A stretch of DNA of 64,000 nucleotides, taken from positions 32,001-96,000 of the forward strand of contig JBIPSI010000009.1 of NCBI GenBank assembly GCA_044070495.1, written 5' to 3'. The translations under genes and the position numbers were made by a program. Below are positions 50,142-59,645 of the stretch, in pieces; the stretch's first letter is position 1; each line of letters starts with the position of its first letter. The notes under the pieces are model-generated. The model was not told the origin of the DNA and did no database searches. It saw only the letters and a program-made list of their open reading frames with translations. Source of the stretch: Spirulina sp. GTDB lineage: Bacteria; Cyanobacteriota; Cyanobacteriia; Phormidesmidales; Phormidesmidaceae.

Positions 50142-51269
50142 ATGTCTGATTCTCCCCTGCGTGTGTGCATTACCCTTGGAACCCGGCCTGAAGCGATTAA
50201 GCTGGCCCCGGTGATTCAGGCGTTTCAACGGGACGCGGCCTTTGAGACCCAGGTGGTGCTAACCGGGCAACACCGGGAAATGGTGGATCAGGTGATGGCC
50301 CTGTTTGACCTGCGCGCCGATGCCGATCTCGCCATCATGCAGCCGAAACAAACCCTCACCGACATCACCTGCCGCAGCCTCCAGGGATTAGAGGCCCATT
50401 TTCAAACCCTCAAGCCCGATCTGGTGATTGTGCAGGGCGACACTACCACCGCCTTTGCCGCCGCCCTGGCCGCGTTCTATCAAAAAATTCCGGTGGGCCA
50501 TGTGGAAGCCGGACTGCGTACCGACAATATCTATAGCCCCTACCCCGAAGAGGCCAACCGACGGCTAATTTCCCAGCTCACCACCCTACACTTTGCCCCC
50601 ACCGCCAAGTCCGTGGAGCACCTGAAGGCCTCCAGTGTGGTGGGGGAAATCCACGCCACGGGCAACACCGTGATTGACGCTCTACTTACCGTCGCCGCCC
50701 AGCGGCCCGACTGCCCCATCGACGGCCTAGACTGGGAGCGCCATCGGGTGATTTTGGCCACCGTCCACCGCCGGGAAAACTGGGGCCAACCCTTGGAGGA
50801 CATCGCCGCCGGATTTTTAGCTGTCCTAGAGTCCCAGTCCGATACTGCCCTGCTGCTGCCCCTGCACCGCAACCCCCTGGTGCGCGAACCCCTCACCGCT
50901 GCTCTGGGCAACCATCCCCGCGTCTTTTTGACCGAACCCCTCGACTATCGCGCCCTGGTGGGAGCCATGCAGCGCTGCCATCTGCTGCTGACCGACTCCG
51001 GCGGCTTGCAGGAGGAGGCCCCTGGCCTGGGTAAACCCGTCCTGGTGCTACGCGACACCACCGAACGCCCGGAAGCCGTAGAAGCAGGCACCGCCCGCCT
51101 GATCGGCACCGACCGGGAGGCCATCCACCACCATGCCCTAGAATTGCTGACTAACCCCGCCGCCTACGCAGCCATGGCCCAGGCGGTGAACCCCTTTGGC
51201 GATGGCCACGCCTCCGAGCGCATCCTCGCCATTGTAAAAACCTACCTGGGCCAGCGGAAGGCTACCTAA
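50142..51269 (+). CDS. wecB: UDP-N-acetylglucosamine 2-epimerase (non-hydrolysing)
   Basis: GTRPEAIK, TGQHREM, HVEAGLR, HRREN, TDSGG.QEE, TERPE motifs. Confidence 0.96.
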   Translation: MSDSPLRVCITLGTRPEAIKLAPVIQAFQRDAAFETQVVLTGQHREMVDQVMALFDLRADADLAIMQPKQTLTDITCRSLQGLEAHFQTLKPDLVIVQGDTTTAFAAALAAFYQKIPVGHVEAGLRTDNIYSPYPEEANRRLISQLTTLHFAPTAKSVEHLKASSVVGEIHATGNTVIDALLTVAAQRPDCPIDGLDWERHRVILATVHRRENWGQPLEDIAAGFLAVLESQSDTALLLPLHRNPLVREPLTAALGNHPRVFLTEPLDYRALVGAMQRCHLLLTDSGGLQEEAPGLGKPVLVLRDTTERPEAVEAGTARLIGTDREAIHHHALELLTNPAAYAAMAQAVNPFGDGHASERILAIVKTYLGQRKAT

Positions 51270-52471
51270 ACCGGGGCCGTCACCGCTGCATCAAACCGGA
51301 AGCCTGCCTTGCGGATACGATCCATGGCTTCACCGAGGCGGTCGCAGTCGGCAATTAGGCTGACGCGCACGTAGCCTTCGCCGCCGGGGCCAAAGGCATT
51401 GCCGGGAGTGACAACCACGCCCGTTTCTTGCAGCACCGAAAGGGCAAAGTCGGTGGAGGTGCTATCCAGGGGGCAGGGCACCCAGAGGTACATGGTGGCC
51501 TGGGGCCGATCCACCGTCCAGCCGAGGGAGGCGAATTCTTTGATCAAAAAGTCGCGGCGGGTGGAGTAGCGCTCCTGGACTTCGTGGAGGTAGTGGTCGG
51601 GCAGGGAGAGGGCGGTTTCGGCGGCCCGTTGCAGGGCGGCAAAGATGCCGTAGTCCAAATTCGTTTTCAGGGTGCGGAGGCCTTGGATCACCTGGGAATT
51701 GCCCACCACAAAGCCCACCCGCCATCCGGCCATGTTGTAGGTTTTGGAAAGGGTGTGGAACTCGACGCCGACCTCTTTGCCGCCGGGAATTTCCAGCAGG
51801 CTGGTGGGTTGATAGCCATCGAAGGCCAGCTCGGCGTAGCACAGATCGTGCACCAGAAGCACCTGGTAGCGGTGGGCAAACTCCACGGCGGCCTCAAAAA
51901 ATTCGCGGGGGGCGGTGGCGGCGGTAGGGTTGCTGGGATAGTTGAAGAACAGCGCCTTGGCCCGTTTGGCAACATCGGGGGGGATGGCGTCAAAGTCGAT
52001 CAGCCACTGGTTTTCTGCGGTCAGGTGCAGGTGGTAGATGTCGCCTCCGGCAATGGCGGGGCCGCGAAAGTGGGCGGGGTAGGCCGGGGTGGGCACCAGC
52101 ACCAGATCGCCCGGATTGATGAAGGCCATGGCCAGGTGGGTGATACCCTCCTTGGAACCCAGCAGAGGCAGGGCTTCGGCGGTGGGGTCAAGCTGGACGC
52201 CGTAGCGACGGGCATACCAGTCGGTGATGGCGGTACGGAAGCTGGCGGTGCCCTCGAAGGGGGGATAGCCGTGGGTGGCGGTGTCGGCAATGGCGCGTTG
52301 GGCGGCTTCTACCACGGGGGCAGGGGTGGGGCCATCGGGGTTGCCCATGCCCAGGTCGATCAAATCGAGGCCCTGCTCACGGGCGCGGGCCTTGAGTTCA
52401 TCCAGACGGGCAAAGACGTAGGGGGGCAGGGAATTAATGCGCTGGGCGGGCTGGAGCCAACTAAGGGTCAT
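51266..52471 (-). CDS. PLP-dependent class I aminotransferase (LL-DAP aminotransferase-like)
   Basis: PPYVFARLD, IDLGMGNPD, GSKEG, NYPSNPT, SKTYNMAGWRVG motifs; start overlaps the upstream stop (ATGA). Confidence 0.92.
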   Translation of the reverse strand: MTLSWLQPAQRINSLPPYVFARLDELKARAREQGLDLIDLGMGNPDGPTPAPVVEAAQRAIADTATHGYPPFEGTASFRTAITDWYARRYGVQLDPTAEALPLLGSKEGITHLAMAFINPGDLVLVPTPAYPAHFRGPAIAGGDIYHLHLTAENQWLIDFDAIPPDVAKRAKALFFNYPSNPTAATAPREFFEAAVEFAHRYQVLLVHDLCYAELAFDGYQPTSLLEIPGGKEVGVEFHTLSKTYNMAGWRVGFVVGNSQVIQGLRTLKTNLDYGIFAALQRAAETALSLPDHYLHEVQERYSTRRDFLIKEFASLGWTVDRPQATMYLWVPCPLDSTSTDFALSVLQETGVVVTPGNAFGPGGEGYVRVSLIADCDRLGEAMDRIRKAGFRFDAAVTAPV

Positions 52472-53631
52472 GGCTGTACCTCCGAGGGAGCCGTAGATGG
52501 AGACGAGGATGAGGCACGGGAACGTTCCCGCAGTTCGGGGCAGAGGGGCGACACCATTGCCGCCAACAGGGCATCGGGGGATACCGTGAAGGGCAGGTGG
52601 TGAATGTCTGATCCTTCTCGGCAGGCAAAGGTTGCCGCCTGCTGAAGGTCGGCTAGGGTGGCGTTCCCCAGGCCCAGATCCGCCAGGGTTTGGGGCAGGC
52701 CCGTGGCTCGGTAGAACTGGATCAACTGCTGCCGCGCCGAGGTGGCCAGGGAGGACTTGCCGCCCATTTCCTCTAGGCGGAGCTGCACCAAAATGCCGTA
52801 GGCCACCTTTTCGCCGTGGAGGGAATCGTGGCAGGCGGGCAGTTGGGTGAGGCCGTTGTGCACCGCGTGGGCGGCCACGGTACGGCACTGGGCACCGCCC
52901 ACGCCGCCGATTACCCCAGCCAGCAGCACCGTGGCATCCACCACTTCCCGCCATTCCGGGCCACCCCACTGGCGCAGCGCCGCCGGAGTTTTTTGGAACA
53001 AAATATCCCGCAGTACTCGCCCCTGCTGCACCGCCGAAATAATCAAGGTTTGGTCGGACGACCCGCTGCTCACAGAGGCTTCGTACCACTTGGCGAGGCC
53101 ATCACCAATCCCGGCAATCAGGGTACGCGGCGGCGAGGTGCGGATCAGGGCGTAGTCCAAAATTAGTCGATCCGGGCAGCGGTCTAGGGCCACATCGTAG
53201 CGGAAGGCTCCGGCCTCAGAATACACGTTAGACAAAGCCGTCCAAGCCGCACAGGTGGCCCCCGAAGTAGGAATCGTCACCACCGGGCAGCGAATCTGAT
53301 GGGCCAACAGTTTGGCCGTATCCAACGCCTTGCCGCCGCCCACCCCGATCACCACATCGGCTTGGTGATCCTGGGCAATACCGCGCAGCCGTTCTAGGGT
53401 GGCTTCGCTACAGTCGCGGCCATAGTCGGCGGTTTGAGGGGCGAGTCTGGCCTGGGTGAGGGCATCCAGCAACGGCTGCACCCGTGGCAAGCTGTGTTGC
53501 CCACCCACCACCAGGGGACGCTGGCCCAGGGCCGCAATCGCCTCGCCCTGGTTTGACAAAATACCCTCACCCCGCACCACCTGGGCCGGAGCAATGGCAA
53601 GGGTTGAAATTGCGGAGAGGCTCGTCGTCAT
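52468..53631 (-). CDS. Glycerol dehydrogenase-like iron-containing alcohol dehydrogenase
   Basis: GVGGGKALDTAK, PTS.ATCAAWT, AHAVHNGLT, HGEKVAYG motifs. Confidence 0.9.
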   Translation of the reverse strand: MTTSLSAISTLAIAPAQVVRGEGILSNQGEAIAALGQRPLVVGGQHSLPRVQPLLDALTQARLAPQTADYGRDCSEATLERLRGIAQDHQADVVIGVGGGKALDTAKLLAHQIRCPVVTIPTSGATCAAWTALSNVYSEAGAFRYDVALDRCPDRLILDYALIRTSPPRTLIAGIGDGLAKWYEASVSSGSSDQTLIISAVQQGRVLRDILFQKTPAALRQWGGPEWREVVDATVLLAGVIGGVGGAQCRTVAAHAVHNGLTQLPACHDSLHGEKVAYGILVQLRLEEMGGKSSLATSARQQLIQFYRATGLPQTLADLGLGNATLADLQQAATFACREGSDIHHLPFTVSPDALLAAMVSPLCPELRERSRASSSSPSTAPSEVQP

Positions 53632-53672
53632 AGAAATACCCAGAACGCAAGGGTGTGAAGCGAGGCCGAGGG

Positions 53673-54167
53673 CTAGGCCAGGAGGTCAGTATTGATTTGG
53701 ACTTGATAATCCAGGTCGGCATCCTGGGGGGCAGGCTGCACCTGACCGAGATACACCAGCCGAGACACGCCGTTCTCTTCGTGGACAATGGCACGGGCGC
53801 GAACGGTGGCGGTTTGGCCAGGAATCCCCAAACGGTAGGGCTTGAACAGGTTACTGGCGGCTTGGCGCAGGGTGGCGTCTAGTTCCTCTTCGGTGATGGC
53901 GTTGGGCACGGCGATCACAATTTGACTGGAGCCGGAGTCGTACACCGTGGCGTAGGGCAACGCGCCTTCAATTACCGTGCGGGTGAAGGGTTCAAAACTA
54001 AGGCCCAGCAGCCCCACCGTTAGCACCGCCGCGAACCCGGCAGCACCCACTAGCCGAAACCGAATCCCCCATTTAAAGGCAAACCCTAGTCCGGCGATGA
54101 CCGCGAGGGCAACGGTACCAATGGCGGCCCATTGGGTGGCTTCCAGGAATTCGGCGGGTGTTGGCAT
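53673..54167 (-). CDS. ycf51: Ycf51 family protein (DUF2518)
   Basis: WGIRFRLVG..GF...YD.G....VIAV....L.ATL.QAA.NL...R.R motif. Confidence 0.85.
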   Translation of the reverse strand: MPTPAEFLEATQWAAIGTVALAVIAGLGFAFKWGIRFRLVGAAGFAAVLTVGLLGLSFEPFTRTVIEGALPYATVYDSGSSQIVIAVPNAITEEELDATLRQAASNLFKPYRLGIPGQTATVRARAIVHEENGVSRLVYLGQVQPAPQDADLDYQVQINTDLLA

Positions 54168-54397
54168 AGGTCTATAGTGCAGATAGATTAACAAAGATAT
54201 CGCAGATGTTGTGCCTTGGACTAGGGGCTGGCCTCGGCTAGATCTCGGCGGGGCCAAGACAAGGCTTGTCGGAATGGTCGTCCCTCAGGGGGCAAAATAG
54301 AGTGCTCTATCTAGTCTGATCGTACTCTGTATTCCGTCCTCTAGTGAGGGGTTGGGTCTGGGGAATACCGAGTTTCAGTAGATCGTAAAGTCTTCGC

Positions 54398-54581
54398 AGC
54401 CCACCCTTTCCTGCGGAACACTACGCGAATGGAAGCAAGCTACACCCCCAGCCCCTCTCCCAGAAGGGCGTTCAGAAGGGCGTTCAGAAGGGCGTTCGCA
54501 AAGCGTCTCCCCAGGAGAAGGGTAGCCGGGAGTGCCTCAAAGTCCCTCTCCCAGGTTGGAAGAGGGATTTAGAGAGAGGGC
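54398..54581. repeat. Composite CCCTCTCCC repeat carrying short (SDR-like) inserts and a 12-bp triplication
   Basis: CCCACCCT [..CTGCGGAACACTACGCGAA..GGAAGCAAGCTAC] ACCCCCAGCCCCTCTCC (CAGAAGGGCGTT)x3 CGCAAAGCGTCTCCCCAGGAGAAGGG ... TCAAAGTCCCTCTCCC..GAGGGATTTAG. Confidence 0.75.
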
Positions 54582-54718
54582 TGGATCTCAGCCAAGGAGC
54601 ATGGTTGTGATCTACCGAGTTTTCCTGAAGACCTTGTGTCATCGACGACCAACGACGGTGGCAATGCTTGTAAAGCCGCCCAAGACACGGTAAAACTTGA
54701 AGCCGTACTGATTAAAGG

Positions 54719-55312
54719 ATGGCGGCGGCTATGGTGACAGCAGCAGAATGGTCAATCCACCGGGGGGGACGTCGCCTAGGCGTGGTACTAGGAGCCTTGA
54801 CGGCCCTAGTGCTCTCGGGCTGTGGCGCATCGAAGGTATCCCAGTGTAATGATCTCGCGGTGGTGGTAAACCAAACCCAGACCTTCATGCCAGAGTTTGA
54901 AACCGACATTCAGGCCTTTAGCGAAAGTGCCGCCCAGGTCAAAAACCTCGATGACATTAAGGCCGCCGCCAGCCAATACACCGCCGCCGTAGATAAGGTC
55001 GTTACCAACCTCAATACCCTCGTGAGCGATCTAGAGGCCGTTTCCCTCAAAGATGAGACCCTGGTAGCCTTTCGCGATGAATACATCGGCGTGGTACAGG
55101 GGTTTGGCACCGCCCTAGAGGAGGCCAGCCAGGCCATGAATATGGTAGTAACCGTGGCCTCGGAGGATGACCTGCCCGCCACCATTGAGGCCTCCCAGCA
55201 GCAGACGGTGGAAGCGGTTTCAGCCATTGAAAATCTGTCTCAAACCGAGGCCCAACTGATTACGGATGTCAATGCCTACTGCGGAGCGGGGGCGTCTCCC
55301 ACAGAACCCTAA
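54719..55312 (+). CDS. Helical lipoprotein of unknown function
   Basis: Lipobox LSGC; SKVSQCN...N.YC cysteine pair. Confidence 0.8.
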   Translation: MAAAMVTAAEWSIHRGGRRLGVVLGALTALVLSGCGASKVSQCNDLAVVVNQTQTFMPEFETDIQAFSESAAQVKNLDDIKAAASQYTAAVDKVVTNLNTLVSDLEAVSLKDETLVAFRDEYIGVVQGFGTALEEASQAMNMVVTVASEDDLPATIEASQQQTVEAVSAIENLSQTEAQLITDVNAYCGAGASPTEP

Positions 55313-55593
55313 ATTTGCGAACAATCGCAAGCGCTATCGATCCATAGCAAAATCTAGGCTGTCAACCGTTCACTTTTTTGGGTTGGCGCTATATTGGTAG
55401 CCCTAAGGGCTGCACTAGGCTTCATGGCGGCTCTTAGGGGATCACCGCTCTTTGCTAGAGCCCGTCAACGGCGAGTCATTAGCGAGCTAACGAGCAGAGA
55501 TGCGGCCCTCATCCTAGGCGAGTTGTGGGTTAGGTTGCCGTACCTGCTCCTAGGCGTACCCGTGTATCCAAGTGAAATGGTAGTAACCGCATT

Positions 55594-56526
55594 GTGAGTC
55601 AGCAGTCTGAATTGTCCGTAGAGCAGCTTCGGCAGGCGCTATCCCAGTTGCTAGTCAATAGCCCCGCCGACTGGATTCTGTTGCATCTGGCCATCGGCAC
55701 CATGAAAATGGGGGGCCATCGCTACGGGGCTTTTTTAGATGCGGCAACCACAGCGGCCAAGCTCGCCATTTATACCAGTTTTATTGAACAGGGCCAGAAT
55801 ATCCGCAAAACGGGCTTTCTATATCACGTCGAGCCTAAGCGGGTGAAGGCCATCGTGCAGGAAATTCAGACCGCCATAGCCGATGGTCAAAGTTTGAAAG
55901 TCCTCAATTCTAAAGAACCCTACTATTTAATTGCTCTCCCCTTTCTCTGGCAAGAACAGTTTCCCTGCGGCCCCCAGGAGGCACAAGTGAAGCTATCGGG
56001 GCTGACCCCCGGCGAACGCAAGTCCATTGAAGACAGCCTGCCCGCAGATGCCCCTAGGGCCAGAGTCCTTGACCAGGTGGAATTCAATGAACTGATCGAA
56101 AAGCTCCATGATTTATCCCAGGAAGAACTACCTGAGCCCCAGCGGATGTCCTTCAGCGACGCCCTGATGCTGCATATCAAGTTTCGGCTGCTGCATTCGG
56201 GCACCGTCATCCAAATCGATTCGCCCCTGGTGGATATTCCTCTGTTTGCCCTAGCCAGCGAGTCCTATGCCCCTAAGGATGAGCGGGAACGGGCCTTTGC
56301 CATGATTGACGACGTAGCCCGCTACTTCAGCATTTTGCAGGCCTGGGTGCGCAATGAGGAGGGCGTGATTCGAGGCGTTGAGGTGTTTGACGTGGATCTG
56401 GATCGCCGCCAGGAGGCACTCCAGGAACTCGATGTGCTGCTGCGCACCTGGGCGGATAAGTACCACCAGGAGGGGGGCTATCCCATGGTGCTTCAGTTTG
56501 CGGCGGGCACCCGCGAGGATGACTAG
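55594..56526 (+). CDS. hetR: Divergent HetR-family transcription factor
   Basis: GHRYGAFLDAA.TAAK.AIY..EQGQN.R.TG..H.EPKRVK, EP.YLI..P..W, HIK.RLL.SGTV, QELD...RTWADKYH motifs. Confidence 0.9.
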   Translation: MSQQSELSVEQLRQALSQLLVNSPADWILLHLAIGTMKMGGHRYGAFLDAATTAAKLAIYTSFIEQGQNIRKTGFLYHVEPKRVKAIVQEIQTAIADGQSLKVLNSKEPYYLIALPFLWQEQFPCGPQEAQVKLSGLTPGERKSIEDSLPADAPRARVLDQVEFNELIEKLHDLSQEELPEPQRMSFSDALMLHIKFRLLHSGTVIQIDSPLVDIPLFALASESYAPKDERERAFAMIDDVARYFSILQAWVRNEEGVIRGVEVFDVDLDRRQEALQELDVLLRTWADKYHQEGGYPMVLQFAAGTREDD

Positions 56527-56538
56527 TTCTGATCTGGG

Positions 56539-57063
56539 TTAACTGGGTAAGCGATCTAGGAGTCGCTGAAGGCGCACCTTGGCTAGCACATACTGGGGAA
56601 ATTGGTAGTGTTCCGCAATCACCCAGCCCACCATGGCCGTATGGGCGAAGAAGGTAAGGCTGGCCCACACCAACGACCAACGGCCTTGATCCTCGGCCTC
56701 CAGGGGTGGAAACATATACCCCCCCAGCACCACCAACCCGGCGGGAAGCAACACTAGGGAGATCCCTACAATCCAGAGCGTGAAGGCAATATCGGCGGCG
56801 GGGTGATGGAGCGGTTGCCAGCGCCAGCCCTGCCAACGCCAGCCCATGGGCTGTACCCCATCCACCAAGTGAACCGTTTGCTGATCCAGGTTGGCTTCTA
56901 GGATATGGCGACAAAAGTTACAGGCATAGGCATCCATCAGGGCCATGGCCTCAATCTGTCCATGGCGACACACAGGACACTCGTAAACCGCCCCTCCCTC
57001 AAGCTGAAGGGGGCGAGATTGCCGGATCGTTGGGGTGAAGGGCGTTTTCTTTGCGTTGGCCAT
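56539..57063 (-). CDS. Zinc-ribbon membrane hypothetical protein
   Basis: CPVCRHG...CNFCRH followed by two TM helices. Confidence 0.8.
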   Translation of the reverse strand: MANAKKTPFTPTIRQSRPLQLEGGAVYECPVCRHGQIEAMALMDAYACNFCRHILEANLDQQTVHLVDGVQPMGWRWQGWRWQPLHHPAADIAFTLWIVGISLVLLPAGLVVLGGYMFPPLEAEDQGRWSLVWASLTFFAHTAMVGWVIAEHYQFPQYVLAKVRLQRLLDRLPS

Positions 57064-57368
57064 GCCCAGTTATCCTGCCTAATGGGAGGGATTAGAACGA
57101 TCTGTAATGTCCGATCAAACGCTACGATACCAGGGGGTTCCTAGCTTGAATAGTCTGGCCCTAGAAATCTGTTTTTGCAACCGCCATAGCGTCTCTCGGC
57201 TCTATTAAGCTGCTGATTGTGGAAGACGCCCGCCGCTCCCCTTGATCCGGGGGAGACAGAGTGAACCTTAGACCCCCAGGAACTGGGCGATCTAGAACCC
57301 AGCCATGGCATATCCCACGCTATCGAGAACCGCTATATTGTTGGTTCATTCTTGTCGGCTAAGCCCCT

Positions 57369-58805
57369 ATGCAAGCGCTCTATCAATGGTCTGCGACAGA
57401 ACTACAACAAGCCCTAGGGAGCGGCGCGATCAGCGCGACCGAGGTGGTAGAAAGCTGTTTGCAGCAAATTCACCAGGAGAATGATCGCCTGCGCGCCTTT
57501 ATTACCCTGTGTCCTGACCAGGCCTTAGCGGCGGCAGCGGTTGTTGATGCGGCGCGGAAACGGGGGGAACCCCTGGGGCCGTTGGCAGGCATTCCCGTTT
57601 CGGTGAAGGATCTCACGGCCACGGCAGGGGTGCGTACGACCTTGGGTTCCTTGCTTTACCAAGACTGGGTACCCACCGAGGATGAACTCTGCGTGGCGCG
57701 GCTGAAGCAGGCCGGAGCCATTCTGATCGGCAAGACCAACACGCCGGAATTTGGCCTGGGTGCCCACGTCAACAACCCCCTCTATGGGCCAACGGCCACC
57801 CCCTACGACCCTAGCCGCACTTCCGGCGGTTCTAGCGGTGGGGCGGCGGTTTCGGTGGCCACGGGCATGTGCCCCTTGGCCCAGGGCACCGACATGGGCG
57901 GATCGTCGCGTACCCCCGCCAGTTTTTGCGGTGTGGTAGGGCTACGGCCTGCGGCTGGCCGCATTCCTCGGCGGCACAAACCCCTACAGTGGGACTACCT
58001 CGATACCGATGGCGTGCTGGCCCGCACCGTGGAAGATGTTGCCCTCATGCTGTCGGTGATGGCCGGACGGGAGGCCCACGATCCGATTTCCATCGCCACT
58101 TCCTGGCCCTGTCCCACCTTCGATGAATCGGTGCGCGACCAGGTGCGGGGAAAGGTGCGGGTGGGGTTTAGCGTGGATTTGGGGATTACGCCCGTTGATG
58201 CCCAGGTGCAGGCCGTCTTTGAACAGGCAATGTCGCAGATGATGCCCCTCTGCCAGCAGATGGTACCCGCCCACCCCGACTGCACCCTAGCCCCTGCGGC
58301 CTTTGAACCCCTTCGGGCCGGATTGTTGCGGTACAAACAAAACCACAACTACGAACAATATTTCGACCAGCTCACCCCCACCGTGCGTTGGAATGTAGAG
58401 CGGGGTCAACACCTGACTGCTCTGGATTTCTTGACCGCCGCTGGCCATCGCGATCAGATCTATCGCAACTTTCTTAGTTTTTTTGAAACCTACGACATCC
58501 TAGCCACGGTGAGCGCCTGCGTGCCCCCCTTCCCCCACGACCAGCCGGAGGTGCTGCGGGTGAACGAAACCACCCTAGACAACATCCTCGACTACCTTAA
58601 AATCACCTACACCATTTCCCTCACGGGGCTTCCAGCCCTGTCTATTCCCTGCGGCTGGACGGACAGCGGTTTGCCCATTGGGCTTCAGTTGGTTGGCCCA
58701 CCCCAAGGAGAAACCGCCCTGCTTCAGTTTGCCTACCTGCTGCAAGAAGACCTAAATTTCCGCCACCGCTGGCCAGGGGTAGCGAGTCCATCCCCCATAG
58801 CCTGA
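57369..58805 (+). CDS. Amidase signature family enzyme
   Basis: P.SVKD, GKTNTPEF, GGSSGG, GTDMGGS.R.PA motifs. Confidence 0.94.
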   Translation: MQALYQWSATELQQALGSGAISATEVVESCLQQIHQENDRLRAFITLCPDQALAAAAVVDAARKRGEPLGPLAGIPVSVKDLTATAGVRTTLGSLLYQDWVPTEDELCVARLKQAGAILIGKTNTPEFGLGAHVNNPLYGPTATPYDPSRTSGGSSGGAAVSVATGMCPLAQGTDMGGSSRTPASFCGVVGLRPAAGRIPRRHKPLQWDYLDTDGVLARTVEDVALMLSVMAGREAHDPISIATSWPCPTFDESVRDQVRGKVRVGFSVDLGITPVDAQVQAVFEQAMSQMMPLCQQMVPAHPDCTLAPAAFEPLRAGLLRYKQNHNYEQYFDQLTPTVRWNVERGQHLTALDFLTAAGHRDQIYRNFLSFFETYDILATVSACVPPFPHDQPEVLRVNETTLDNILDYLKITYTISLTGLPALSIPCGWTDSGLPIGLQLVGPPQGETALLQFAYLLQEDLNFRHRWPGVASPSPIA

Positions 58806-58851
58806 GGGCATTCGAGGAGACTTCTGGGGGAGAGGATATCACCTGGGGAAA

Positions 58852-59607
58852 TTAGGGCCAATTTTCCGCTTGAAAATGAGGCCCATAACCGCGCATGGTT
58901 TTTCGTTCGGGCTGGCGGTAGGTCAGGTGTTTACTGGTGAGCTTGCCCAAACTCACCAGCGCTTCCGCCATTTTCACCGCCGCCGCCACCGAGTCAATCA
59001 CGGGTACCCCTAGACGTTCCTCCAACTGTTTTTCTAGGCCACTCATCCCCGCACAGCCCAAGCAAATCGCCTCGGCCCCATCGTGGTCAATGGCAAGGCG
59101 ACCCGCTGCGGCCAGCACGTCCACCGTATTGGCCCGATCCTGCTCGGTGTCTAAAACCGATAGGGAAGTGGTGTGTACCGAGGCACAACGCCCCGCCATG
59201 CCTGCCTTGTGGATCGTCTTTTCCACCATATCCCGCGCCCGGTGCAGGGTCGTCACCACGCTCCATTTGGCGGCCAGCATATTCGCCACATAGAGACTGG
59301 CTTCGGCAATGCCCACCACGGGCTTGGTGGTAATTTCCCGCGCCGCTTCAATGCCGGGGTCGCCCCAACAGGCCAGAATAAAGGCATCAGAGGATTGATC
59401 TAGAATAATTTGCTCTAAAATGCCGGGAATGGCCAGATATTCGTCGTAAAACCCTTCGATAGATTCTGGCCCTACCTGGGGCGTTACGGTGATAATTTCG
59501 GTGTGGGCAAACTTGGCCGCCTGGGCAGAGGCATCGATGCTCTGGGTCATGGGTTCACAGGTGTTGCCATTGATGATTTTGATGCGACAGCTAGGAAAAT
59601 CGGTCAT
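58852..59607 (-). CDS. Asp/Glu/hydantoin (allantoin, HpxA-like) racemase
   Basis: IIN.NT...MT, GPESIEG, LACWGDPG, LGCAGM (two catalytic Cys). Confidence 0.9.
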   Translation of the reverse strand: MTDFPSCRIKIINGNTCEPMTQSIDASAQAAKFAHTEIITVTPQVGPESIEGFYDEYLAIPGILEQIILDQSSDAFILACWGDPGIEAAREITTKPVVGIAEASLYVANMLAAKWSVVTTLHRARDMVEKTIHKAGMAGRCASVHTTSLSVLDTEQDRANTVDVLAAAGRLAIDHDGAEAICLGCAGMSGLEKQLEERLGVPVIDSVAAAVKMAEALVSLGKLTSKHLTYRQPERKTMRGYGPHFQAENWP

Positions 59608-59645
59608 GGTTAAGCGATAGGGTTCCTGAATATGGCGCGGGTTAG

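Noticed and set aside
51428..52603. Long antisense ORFs (also 13262-14038, 5848-6468, 60058-60687 and others)
   Set aside because: These are shadow frames of GC-rich genes with no recognisable motifs.
51266..53089. 607-aa ORF as a fusion protein
   Set aside because: The N-terminal 206 aa are an off-frame overlap with the dehydrogenase gene; the real start is ATG 52471.
55313..55593. Riboswitch, ncRNA or PatS-like peptide upstream of hetR
   Set aside because: No recognisable RNA family motif, no RGSGR-type ORF and no clear GGG-N5-CCC HetR site; it cannot be supported without a covariance search.
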